Part shown: piece after piece, positions 37,898 to 45,980 of the stretch
Numbering within the stretch: position 1 is the stretch's first letter
How the letters are laid out: each line of letters begins with the position of its first letter
From: Saprospira grandis DSM 2844
Lineage (GTDB): Bacteria; Bacteroidota; Bacteroidia; Chitinophagales; Saprospiraceae
NCBI RefSeq assembly: GCF_000275825.1
Contig: NZ_JH719942.1
Location: 1,124,988-1,175,807 of the forward strand
Direction of reading: 5' to 3'
DNA: 50,820 nucleotides
Program-made: the position numbers and the translations under genes
Notes under the pieces: generated by a model
Told to the model about the DNA's origin: nothing
Database searches by the model: none
Seen by the model: the letters and a program-made list of their open reading frames with translations, nothing else

Positions 37898-38788
37898 ATG
37901 GATTTTCATAGCCCCGAATGGCTGGATGCTTTCCAGCAAAACCAACTCTCTGCCGAAGAGCGAGCCGCTACCCTTGCCTTGGCCCAAAAAGATGCCGCCT
38001 ATGCCGCCGAGCTGCAGGCGCATGGCATCGCTATCCAAGCTATTCAGGATTTTAGCCGCCAAAGCGCTGTAGAAAAAATGGCCCAAGAACTAGATGAGGA
38101 AGGCCTTTTTGAACGCCCCATAGAACAAGCCCTACAGACTCAAGCCGCCCAAAAACAAATTGGCCAAATTGCCCAAGAATTAGAAGCAGAAGGCTTTTTT
38201 GCCCAAAAGGAAGAAAAAGAAAAAGAGGTTAAGGTTCGCCCCCTCCCCCGCTGGCGCCCAATTATGGGTATTGCCGCTAGCCTAATTTTATTAGTGAGTC
38301 TGGGCTATTGGTGGCAGAAGTCGCAAAGCCTACCCAGCTGGTCTCAAGAATACGCTATCGCCAGTGCAGAGTCTACCCAAAAGGAGTTACAACTGCTTTT
38401 AGGCGCCCAAGGCTTTGGCCAAAATGAAGAAGCCCTCAGACAGTTGCAGCTCGGCCTCAATGCTTATGAGAAAAAGGATTGGACCAAAGCTAAAACAGAA
38501 TTGCTGGCCTACCAAAAGGCCAATTCTATCTTTGCCCAAGAAGAAACCCAGTTTTATCTGGGCCATATCGCTTTTGAGCAAGGAGAGCTAGGCAGCGCAA
38601 AATCCTACTGGCAAGAGCTGGCCCAATTGCCTAGCCTGCCCCCCCATATTTCCGAAAAACTCCCTTGGTATCAGGCGCTCTTGGCCCTACGCGAAAACCA
38701 AAAAGAACTGGCCAAAAGCTACCTGAAAAAGGTGCCCCAAGGCCCCTATCAAGAAAAAGCAAAAGAGCTCTTGCAAACACTAGAGTAA
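37898..38788 (+). CDS. Putative anti-sigma factor (single-pass membrane protein with TPR-like C-terminus)
   Basis: It sits immediately downstream of the ECF sigma gene (4-nt gap), has one TM helix (IMGIAASLILLVSLGYWW) and a periplasmic TPR-like C-terminal region. The start is taken at MDFHSPEW rather than the overlapping upstream frame. Confidence 0.6.
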   Translation: MDFHSPEWLDAFQQNQLSAEERAATLALAQKDAAYAAELQAHGIAIQAIQDFSRQSAVEKMAQELDEEGLFERPIEQALQTQAAQKQIGQIAQELEAEGFFAQKEEKEKEVKVRPLPRWRPIMGIAASLILLVSLGYWWQKSQSLPSWSQEYAIASAESTQKELQLLLGAQGFGQNEEALRQLQLGLNAYEKKDWTKAKTELLAYQKANSIFAQEETQFYLGHIAFEQGELGSAKSYWQELAQLPSLPPHISEKLPWYQALLALRENQKELAKSYLKKVPQGPYQEKAKELLQTLE

Positions 38789-38857
38789 TATAAGGCCTTG
38801 CTCCTTAGTAGAATATTAGATGATCCCCTCCTCGGAGGGGATTTGAGCCTGTTTAAA

Positions 38858-39050
38858 ATTTTGTGTTTCTCCTTTTTGCTGCCTAGGGACAAGCCCCTAG
38901 GCTAGCTTTTTCAGACAGCCCTCTAAAGAGGGCCTTTGGATGAGGTTTTTCTCTGTGACAACAACTGAACAAGGCCTTGTATATCAATAGTTGAGGCCCT
39001 CGCAGAGGGCTGACTCCATTGGATTAGCCTAGGGGCTTGTCCCTGGGCGA
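38858..39050. repeat. Second repeat family (element B), copy 2, with 21-bp terminal inverted repeats
   Basis: About 85% identical to 26940..27088. The internal inverted repeat is ctgcctagggacaagcccctaggct ... agcctaggggcttgtccctgg. There are internal hairpins (gccctctaaagagggc; gccctcgcagagggc). Confidence 0.7.
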
Positions 39051-39137
39051 CTATTGGCCAAATCCCAACAAGCTAAAGGCCCAAATTTTATTCTAATACA
39101 CAAAATCCTGAACAGTCCCAGGGATTTTTTTTGTGCC

Positions 39138-39484
39138 CTATTCGACAGAGATCAAACAGCTCATCAAAGTCTTGATGCCCTATTCGACAGAGATCTAATA
39201 CCCCATCAAAGGCTTGATGCCCTATTCGACAGAGATCTAATACCCCATCAAAGGCTTGATGCCCTAGTTGACAGAGATCAAACAGCCCATCAAAGGCTTG
39301 ATGCCCTAGTTGACAGAGATCTAATACCCCATAAAAGGCTTGATGCCCTAGTTGACAGAGATCAAATACCCTATAAAAGGCTTGATGCCCTAGTTGACAG
39401 AGATCAAATACCCCATCAAAGGCTTGATGCCCTATTCGACAGAGATCTAACAGCTCATCAAAGGCTTGATGCCCTAGTTGGTCC
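39138..39484. repeat. 42-bp tandem repeat array (8 full units plus a partial unit), frame-preserving
   Basis: The units begin at 39138, 39180, 39222, 39264, 39306, 39348, 39390 and 39432. Consensus: ctaKtYgacagagatcWaaYaSCYcatMaaaGKcttgatgcc. There are no interspersed unique spacers. Confidence 0.9.
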
Positions 39485-39520
39485 AAAAACAAAAGGGGCT
39501 GCTCGATATCGAGCAGCCCC
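39480..39520 (-). terminator. Rho-independent terminator downstream of the outer-membrane protein gene
   Basis: The perfect palindrome ggggctgctcgatatcgagcagcccc is followed on the minus strand by ttttgtttttgg. Confidence 0.7.
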
Positions 39521-39543
39521 TTTGCAGCAGGTCCTAAGTCATC

Positions 39544-41226
39544 TTAGAACTTAGCCATTACACCAATTTTTCCATTGATGCCCAATTGCTGATAGAGGTA
39601 CCAGCGTTGGTATTTATTATTGAGCAAATTATTGCCTTCTACAAAGAAAGCAAAGCGTTGTTGCTCTCCTTTTCCGAGCCAGTAAGTAGCATTGAGGTTA
39701 AGGTCAAACAAGCCGCCAAGAGTTTCGCTTTCGGTGCCCAAGGCAGGGAGATAAGGCACGCCCGCATTGACAAAGAGGTCGGCCCCAACTTCTAGATTGC
39801 CTTTTTTGTATGTCAGGCCAAAGCTAGACTCCAAAACAGGCAGATGATAAGCCACTTCAGCCGTTCCGCCACTATAGTTATTAAAGGCCAAAGCGCCTTT
39901 AAAGTAGAGTTCCTCCATAATTTGGAGTTCTACATCTGCGGCCAGGGTTAGGCGGCTGAGCGTATCATAGGCCAGACCAAATTTCAGATAATTGCTTTCT
40001 GTGGTATTATAGAAAAGGGGTTGTTGGCTCAAATTGGCATAAGAGACATTAAAGTCGTAGCCTAGGCGCTTAATCTTCCCTTTGAGTCCCCCATAAAAGC
40101 GGCTTTCTTGCGTATGTTCCCAATGCAGGCGCTCTGTATCTAAGAAAGGATTATAAGTAGAGAGCTGCATGAGGGTATTTTCACGGATGCTGCCCGACCA
40201 ACCTGCATAGGGAATAAATTGGCCCCCTAAAACGGCATAGCTCAACTCAATATCGGGCAAAACGAAAAACTGTCCGGCATTGCTTCCTAAGCGGGCGCCT
40301 AGACGGCTCTTAAAGTTGCCAAAATTGAGGTCGGCTCCAGCATGCAATTGGGCCAGGCTGCGGCTTTGGCTGCTATCGGTGGTGGTATAGCGGCTATACA
40401 GCAGCTCGGCATTGGCAAAGAGGCGATGTTGAGGGCTGCGGCTATTGCCCAACCATTTTTCAAAAACAAGGCGGGGGCGGATATTGAGCTCGCCAACGCC
40501 ATGATAAGAAGTGGTGTTATAGAGGTCCAGATCGGCTCTATAGTTCATCTCTTGTTTATTACTTTTGGCATTGAAGAGATGAATATTGGCCCCTATTGTA
40601 AGGTAGCGTTGTTTGAGGCTATCTTCGGCTAGGCCAGAGCTATCTTGGGCAAAGGGATAGAGGCTATCGCCTAGGTTTTCGAGGAGTTGGTGGTAGCCAT
40701 AGTAGCGATAATTATTGAGGTCCATATTTAGGGCGCCGCCAATGGCTAGGCCATTAGGCAGAAAATAATCGCCTTGTAGATTTACTGAGGTTTCGCCAAA
40801 AACTTGGTCCTCTAAGTTACCTTGGCTACTATGGTGTTTGGCTGTAGCTCCAAAGCTAAACTTATCGCTATTGCTATTGTGGTAAGAGAGTTCTAGCAAA
40901 GGGGAAAGAGGGAAACCAATGCCCGCCTTTGTATAAAAGTGGAGACTTTTGGGGGGCTTAGGCACCGGCATAGCCAGTGGGCGGATATTAGGTTCTGGAT
41001 AATTGACCGAGACGATCCGTTCGGGGACCAGATAGGTCAATTTTTGGCCAGCGGTGGTATCCAAATCGGCTAAAAGAGGCTGAGCCTCCTGCTTTTTACT
41101 TTCGGCCAATTGGGCCTTAAAGGGTTTGACTAGCTCGGTCCCTACATCATTGATTTGGGCCTTTAGGTTGGGGGCAAAAAGCCCAACAGCCAAAGCTAAA
41201 CAAAGAGATTTACTATATTTTATCAT
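39544..41226 (-). CDS. Outer-membrane beta-barrel protein (hypothetical)
   Basis: Signal peptide (MIKYSKSLCLALAVGLFAPNLKAQ), alternating amphipathic beta-strand pattern and a C-terminal aromatic residue (…GVMAKF). Confidence 0.6.
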   Translation of the reverse strand: MIKYSKSLCLALAVGLFAPNLKAQINDVGTELVKPFKAQLAESKKQEAQPLLADLDTTAGQKLTYLVPERIVSVNYPEPNIRPLAMPVPKPPKSLHFYTKAGIGFPLSPLLELSYHNSNSDKFSFGATAKHHSSQGNLEDQVFGETSVNLQGDYFLPNGLAIGGALNMDLNNYRYYGYHQLLENLGDSLYPFAQDSSGLAEDSLKQRYLTIGANIHLFNAKSNKQEMNYRADLDLYNTTSYHGVGELNIRPRLVFEKWLGNSRSPQHRLFANAELLYSRYTTTDSSQSRSLAQLHAGADLNFGNFKSRLGARLGSNAGQFFVLPDIELSYAVLGGQFIPYAGWSGSIRENTLMQLSTYNPFLDTERLHWEHTQESRFYGGLKGKIKRLGYDFNVSYANLSQQPLFYNTTESNYLKFGLAYDTLSRLTLAADVELQIMEELYFKGALAFNNYSGGTAEVAYHLPVLESSFGLTYKKGNLEVGADLFVNAGVPYLPALGTESETLGGLFDLNLNATYWLGKGEQQRFAFFVEGNNLLNNKYQRWYLYQQLGINGKIGVMAKF

Positions 41227-41258
41227 TTGATTTTTCTTTAGACGATCTATTTTGGAGA

Positions 41259-41420
41259 GGACAGGCGGCGAAGCCGCCGCAAAGGAGCGCAGCGACGCGG
41301 CTGAGGGATGGAGAGGGTGGCCCGCAGGGCCAGACCGAAGCGCTTTAGCGCTGAAGGGCCGAGCAGACCTGCGAGCCCGGAACAGCCCGACCCGCCCGCA
41401 GGGCGGGGCAGCCCCAAAAA
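41259..41420 (-). repeat. Family A repeat, copy 16 (reverse, CATCCCTCAGCC subtype)
   Basis: gacaggcggcgaagccgccgc...gctgagggatgg...gggccgagcagacctgcgagcccgg...gggcggggcagccccaaaaaaa. Confidence 0.85.
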
Positions 41421-41429
41421 AAGAAAGAT

Positions 41430-44400
41430 TTAATCAATCATTTCCAGTTCGCCACTGCCATCATTTCGGCGCAGGCGGCTATTAGAAGAAATAGCTTGCT
41501 TGACTTGGGCCAGTTTATCTTGGGCCTCCTTCACAATTTCGGCTTCGCCGTTGAAGTTGCCCAATAGGCTTTCTAGGGTACCTTTGGCTGCATCTAATTT
41601 GCCTTGTTCGGCATAGATATCGGCGATGAGGATAAAGTTGCGCGCCAACCAATTGAGGTGTTGGCCCAGCAGCTTATTATTTTGGAAAGCCAGTTCTAGG
41701 GCGCCATCCAAATCGCGTTGGATATAAGTAATTTTGGCCAGTTGGTAATGGGCTTCGGAGGCGTTGATATCGTCATCGACTAGTTTGAGGCTCTCCTTAT
41801 AAGACTGCATCGCCTTGGCATTATTGCCAGCGGCTTGTTGGGCCTTAGCGAGGTAAAAATGGGCCTCGGCCTTGTTGGCGGCGCTAGCATTGGGTTCTTT
41901 GAGGAAATTGGTGGCCAGTCCTTTTAGGGCCTGATAATTTTGGCCATAATAGGCCGAGCGCATACCAAACAGGCGGGCTTCTGAGCGGTTTTCGGGGCTA
42001 GAGGCGAATTGTTCTAGGCCTTGAAAATAAGTAAGGGCCTTGGCATAATCCTCGGTAATGTGGTAGCAAATTCGGCCTGCCAAGAGATTGGCTTCCTCGG
42101 CCATAGCGGGGGGAGCTTTGGGGTCTTTGGCCTCGGCCACATAAGAGAAATCGCTAAGGGCCTTGGGGTATTCCTTGAGGTTATAGTAGGCGATTCCTCG
42201 GTTGAGGTGGGCCGACATACTATTGAGTCCCTTGGGAAAGCGATCGAGGTATTTGCTATAATTATCGGCAGCGGCGGGCCAATTTTCCTGATCGAAAGAA
42301 GAGGCGGCCGATTCATAAAGGAGCGAATCTGCGGCCATATCGGAGAAATTATAGCCTTGTAAGGTAGAGGCATAAGCCATAAAGCCATCGGGATCGCCTT
42401 GATCGATATAGATTTTTCGGATAAAGTTGAGGGCGGCTTTAGCTTCCTCTGTTTGGACATTATTGCTCACCACCGTCTTAAAATAGTCGAGGGCTTCGCG
42501 GTTCATATCGCGGCTATAAGAGAGCACGCCTAATTTGTATAGGGCTTTGGCGGTATACTCGCTATCGGGATATTTTACGATCAGTTGGTCAAAGCTTCCT
42601 TTGGCCTGATCGAATTCATTTTGGTTAATCTGGGTACTTCCCATAGCATAAAGCGCATCATCGGCATAGATAGAACTGGGGTGTTGGCCCACCAAATCGG
42701 CTAGGGTACGCAGTTGCTTTTGGGCTTGGTTCGTCAAGCTATAGATCAGGCTTAGCTGATACATCGCATAATCCTCATTGGGGAAATTATTGGCCACAAT
42801 CCGCTCATAATAGCCAGCGGCGGCGGTATAATTATTTGTTCCGCCCAAATAGAGATAGCAATCGCCGGCACGGCCAAGGGCATCGGGATAGACAAAATTA
42901 GAGACATGTCGATCATTGATTTTGCTTAGGCGGGGCTCAATATACTTGACCGCCTTCACAAATTGGCCTACGGCATTATCATAGCTATTTTTGCGAAGAT
43001 AATTGTAGCCTAGGCCATAATGGGCCGTTCCTTTAGAGGAATTGGCGGGCAATTGGGGAGCGGCAGCTGCTACGGTAGTAAAGCGGTTATACTCATCAAT
43101 ACTTTTATCAAATTGGTCCAATTGGAAGAGCGCCTCGGCTTTCCAGAAATGGGCCAGTGCGGTGGTTTCGGTATGTACGGCAGAGCCCAAAGACTCATTA
43201 AAGCGCTCTACGGCCTTGGTAAAATTGCTAGCCTTATAGTGCTGTACGCCACGGAAATAAGCCACTTTTTGGAAAGCTTCTTTGAGAGAGGGCTCGCTAC
43301 GGTCAATTGTTCTCAGGATGCTCAGGGCTTTTTCGTAGTCTCGAGTATTGAGAAAGAGCTGGCTCATCAAGTTTTGCGATTCGTTGCTATATTTGGTATT
43401 GAGTAGCTCCATAAAGGCCGAAATAGCGTCATTGTCAAGGCCCAATTCATAAGACAACTTGGCATAATTCATTTTGGCGTCAATCTGCAGTTCTTTGTCC
43501 TGCTTCATTTCTGCGGCCTGCTTAAAGGAAAGGCGGGCCTCCTCTTTGCGGCCTAATTTGAGTTGGCAATCGGCCAGATTGTAGCGGGCATTTTGGCCCA
43601 ATTTATTATCTAGTCGAGCAATTTGCTCAAAGTTACCGGCGGCATCTTCATATTTTCCAGCTCGATATTGGGTATAGGCCAATTGATAGAAGATATCTTC
43701 TGTCATTTTGGGTGTCTTGCTGGCGTATTCTTCCATAAAAGGAAGCGCTTTTTTATAATTTTTCTTTTCGTAATAGGCTTGGCCCACTGCCTGCACAATG
43801 GTCATACGTTCCCGCACCGTATTGCTTTTGGTGTAGGGTTCTCCGTAGGCAATTGTTTTATCATAATCCTTTTTCATGAAATGGATCTGGGTAATATAGG
43901 TAGGGACCACTTTTTCGTATCGGCTCGACTTATTGGCGACTTCAAAGCTGGCTAGGGCCGCATCAAAGTCTTTGAGGAAGAAAGAGCAGAGTCCGTAGTA
44001 GTAGTTGGCGGGAAAAGTATACTCGCTTTTGGTCCCTTTGATTTGGGCAAAAACGGGTTGGGCTTTCTTAAAGTCTTTAGACACAAAATAGCAATAGGCC
44101 AGTTGGAACTTGGCCTCGATAAGGTCCTCATTGCTTAGGTCATTGAGGTCTTTAAAGTTGATGCTACTGAGGTACTTGATCGCCTTTTTATAATCTCTTT
44201 GGGCATAATAATAACGGCCCACTTCCAATTTGGCCTGAGCGGCCACCGATAGGGGTTCATATTTTTTAATTAGGACCAAAAGTTTGTTTTCGGCATCGGG
44301 ACGTTCCAAGCGCAGGGCGGCCAGAGCGGCATAAAGTTCTGCTTTTTGGCGGTACAATTCGGGCAATTCCCAGTCATTATAAAGGGCCTGATCGGGGGCG

Positions 44401-44579
44401 AGCAATTGGCCCAATTCATCTTCGGCCTTGCCATAAAGGGCTTGTTCATAAAATTCGATAGCGGCATGATATGCGGCCTGGGGGTCTTTATAGACGGCTG
44501 TTTGCTGTGCTTGTATGCCCTGCAAACTTGCAAGACTCAGCAGTCCGCCATAGACCAATTTTTTCAGCTTTGGTTGCAT
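41430..44579 (-). CDS. Large secreted tetratricopeptide-repeat (TPR) protein
   Basis: 1049 aa. Signal peptide, then many TPR-like 34-aa helical repeats (recurring A/Y/L patterns). Confidence 0.8.
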   Translation of the reverse strand: MQPKLKKLVYGGLLSLASLQGIQAQQTAVYKDPQAAYHAAIEFYEQALYGKAEDELGQLLAPDQALYNDWELPELYRQKAELYAALAALRLERPDAENKLLVLIKKYEPLSVAAQAKLEVGRYYYAQRDYKKAIKYLSSINFKDLNDLSNEDLIEAKFQLAYCYFVSKDFKKAQPVFAQIKGTKSEYTFPANYYYGLCSFFLKDFDAALASFEVANKSSRYEKVVPTYITQIHFMKKDYDKTIAYGEPYTKSNTVRERMTIVQAVGQAYYEKKNYKKALPFMEEYASKTPKMTEDIFYQLAYTQYRAGKYEDAAGNFEQIARLDNKLGQNARYNLADCQLKLGRKEEARLSFKQAAEMKQDKELQIDAKMNYAKLSYELGLDNDAISAFMELLNTKYSNESQNLMSQLFLNTRDYEKALSILRTIDRSEPSLKEAFQKVAYFRGVQHYKASNFTKAVERFNESLGSAVHTETTALAHFWKAEALFQLDQFDKSIDEYNRFTTVAAAAPQLPANSSKGTAHYGLGYNYLRKNSYDNAVGQFVKAVKYIEPRLSKINDRHVSNFVYPDALGRAGDCYLYLGGTNNYTAAAGYYERIVANNFPNEDYAMYQLSLIYSLTNQAQKQLRTLADLVGQHPSSIYADDALYAMGSTQINQNEFDQAKGSFDQLIVKYPDSEYTAKALYKLGVLSYSRDMNREALDYFKTVVSNNVQTEEAKAALNFIRKIYIDQGDPDGFMAYASTLQGYNFSDMAADSLLYESAASSFDQENWPAAADNYSKYLDRFPKGLNSMSAHLNRGIAYYNLKEYPKALSDFSYVAEAKDPKAPPAMAEEANLLAGRICYHITEDYAKALTYFQGLEQFASSPENRSEARLFGMRSAYYGQNYQALKGLATNFLKEPNASAANKAEAHFYLAKAQQAAGNNAKAMQSYKESLKLVDDDINASEAHYQLAKITYIQRDLDGALELAFQNNKLLGQHLNWLARNFILIADIYAEQGKLDAAKGTLESLLGNFNGEAEIVKEAQDKLAQVKQAISSNSRLRRNDGSGELEMID

Positions 44580-44669
44580 GAAGTTCTATTTAATTTTAAA
44601 GGAGTCTTTCCTAGAGAATCATTCTAATAAGTTCTTAGCTCAAGATACAGTTTTTTAACTGTTTTATGA

Positions 44670-44832
44670 TTTTGGGGCCTCCGCAGCAAAGCTGCGGCGC
44701 TACGCTTTGGGGCTCGCAAGTCTGCTCGGCCCTTCGTTTTTCGCTACGCTCAAAAACTCGGTCTGGCCTTCGGCCACCCCGCCGCATCGCTAGGCCAGAT
44801 GGCCTACGGCCAAGGCGGCTTTGCCGCCTTCT
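44670..44832 (+). repeat. Family A repeat, copy 17 (forward, CATCGCTAGGCC subtype)
   Basis: ttttggggcctccgcagcaaagctgcggcgctacgctttggggctcgcaagtctgctcggccc...ggtctggccttcggccacc...catcgctaggccagatggcctacggcc. Confidence 0.8.
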
Positions 44833-44884
44833 GCTCCAAGAAAGCAGTTTAGTAATTTAGGCCCAAAAATAATGCCTTGAGCGC

Positions 44885-44918
44885 ATAAAAAAGCGGCCCG
44901 ACGAATAATCGTCGGGCC
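44885..44918 (-). terminator. Rho-independent terminator downstream of tsaB
   Basis: Minus strand: gggcccgacgattattcgtcgggcc followed by gcttttttatg. Confidence 0.65.
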
Positions 44919-45004
44919 CTTTAGTGGATCTGTAATTGTCTTAGCTATTAAAAATTTTTAATGGCAGAGGGGCAAAGCTTTTTGGTGGTCCAGAGAAAGT
45001 CAGG

Positions 45005-45715
45005 CTATTTTTTGCTAAAAAACTTATTCTTTTTTGGCTTAGTCAGCTGAGGGGCCCTTAAATAGAAGGGTTCGGAGTAGGCGAGTTCGGCAAATTCTTG
45101 TTTTTCGTAGGCATTTTGGGCCAATTGTTCAAAAAAGCGGGCGGAGGCGGTTTTTAGGGGCAACAATTCTAATTTACTTTCTGGCATCAGTTCTTGGTAA
45201 CTCCTAGCGGCAGAGCCTAGGAGGTAGAGGCTATACTCTTGTTGATAAATACTCAGGTTTAGATCTTTTAGAGACACAAAAAAGGGCGATTTAATAATTT
45301 CCAGTTGGCAATTATAGATAGCGGCATAGGCATTTCCTCTTCGGGCATCTTCTAGGCAGATCAGCAGGCTATTTTTGGGCAGGCTTTGGTTCCATTTTGC
45401 GCCATAGGCCAAGGCGGCTAGGGTATCGAGGGCCAGGAGGGGGAGTTGCCAGGCAAAGGCTAGGCCTTTGGCGGTAGAATAGGCAATGCGCAGGCCGGTA
45501 TAAGAGCCGGGGCCTTTGCTCAGGGCAATGGCGGCCAGATCTTCTCCTTTGAGTTTGGCTCGCGTTAAGATTTTTTGGACAAAAAGCGTAAGTTCTGCGG
45601 CGGGGTCGCCAGTATCAAGGGTACTTTCTTCTACTAGCCAGCAGAGGCCATTTTTAATGAGTGCGACCGAAGTTTTTCGGCTGCTACTTTCTAAAACGAG
45701 AATTAATTGGTCCAT
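45005..45715 (-). CDS. tsaB: tRNA threonylcarbamoyladenosine biosynthesis protein TsaB (YeaZ)
   Basis: Motifs LVLESSSRKTSVALI and GPGSYTGLRIAYSTAKGLA are typical of TsaB. The start is taken at MDQLILV (45715). Confidence 0.8.
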   Translation of the reverse strand: MDQLILVLESSSRKTSVALIKNGLCWLVEESTLDTGDPAAELTLFVQKILTRAKLKGEDLAAIALSKGPGSYTGLRIAYSTAKGLAFAWQLPLLALDTLAALAYGAKWNQSLPKNSLLICLEDARRGNAYAAIYNCQLEIIKSPFFVSLKDLNLSIYQQEYSLYLLGSAARSYQELMPESKLELLPLKTASARFFEQLAQNAYEKQEFAELAYSEPFYLRAPQLTKPKKNKFFSKK

Positions 45716-45772
45716 AACAAATATAGATTCTAGGGTAGTGGGCAAAAATAAGGGCTGGGCTGGGGAGCAAAT

Positions 45773-45889
45773 GGCCTAGCGATGTGCAAGGGTGGCCGTC
45801 AGGCCAGACCGAGGCGCAAAGCGCCGAAGGGCCGAGCAGGCCTGCGAGCCCTGGAACGTAGCGCCTGCCGAAGGCAGGAGGCCCCAAAA
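45773..45889 (-). repeat. Family A repeat, copy 18 (reverse, short, CATCGCTAGGCC subtype)
   Basis: ggcctagcgatgtgcaagggtggccgtcaggccagacc...gggccgagcaggcctgcgagccc...ggaggccccaaaaa. Confidence 0.8.
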
Positions 45890-45903
45890 ATAACAGCAGT
45901 AAG

Positions 45904-45943
45904 TTAAAAAACAAAATAGCCTCTCAATTTGCATTGAGAGGCT
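45904..45943 (-). terminator. Rho-independent terminator downstream of rpsA
   Basis: Minus strand: agcctctcaatgcaaattgagaggct followed by attttgtttttt. Confidence 0.6.
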
Positions 45944-45980
45944 AAGGGCTTTATTATGAATCGGAATGAGGAGTTAGATC

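Noticed and set aside
39138-39484. Possible CRISPR array (regularly spaced 42-bp repeats)
   Set aside because: The units are directly tandem with no unique spacers between them, and the repeats vary by mosaic substitutions. No cas genes are nearby. It is a minisatellite, not a CRISPR array.
39054-39554. 166-aa repeat protein (ALFDRDxxxHQRLD x 8) encoded by the 42-bp array
   Set aside because: Both strands are open through the array purely because of the unit sequence. The ORF starts inside the TIR of element B with no RBS, and lies downstream of a convergent terminator. I kept it as a low-probability alternative in the findings rather than calling it a CDS.
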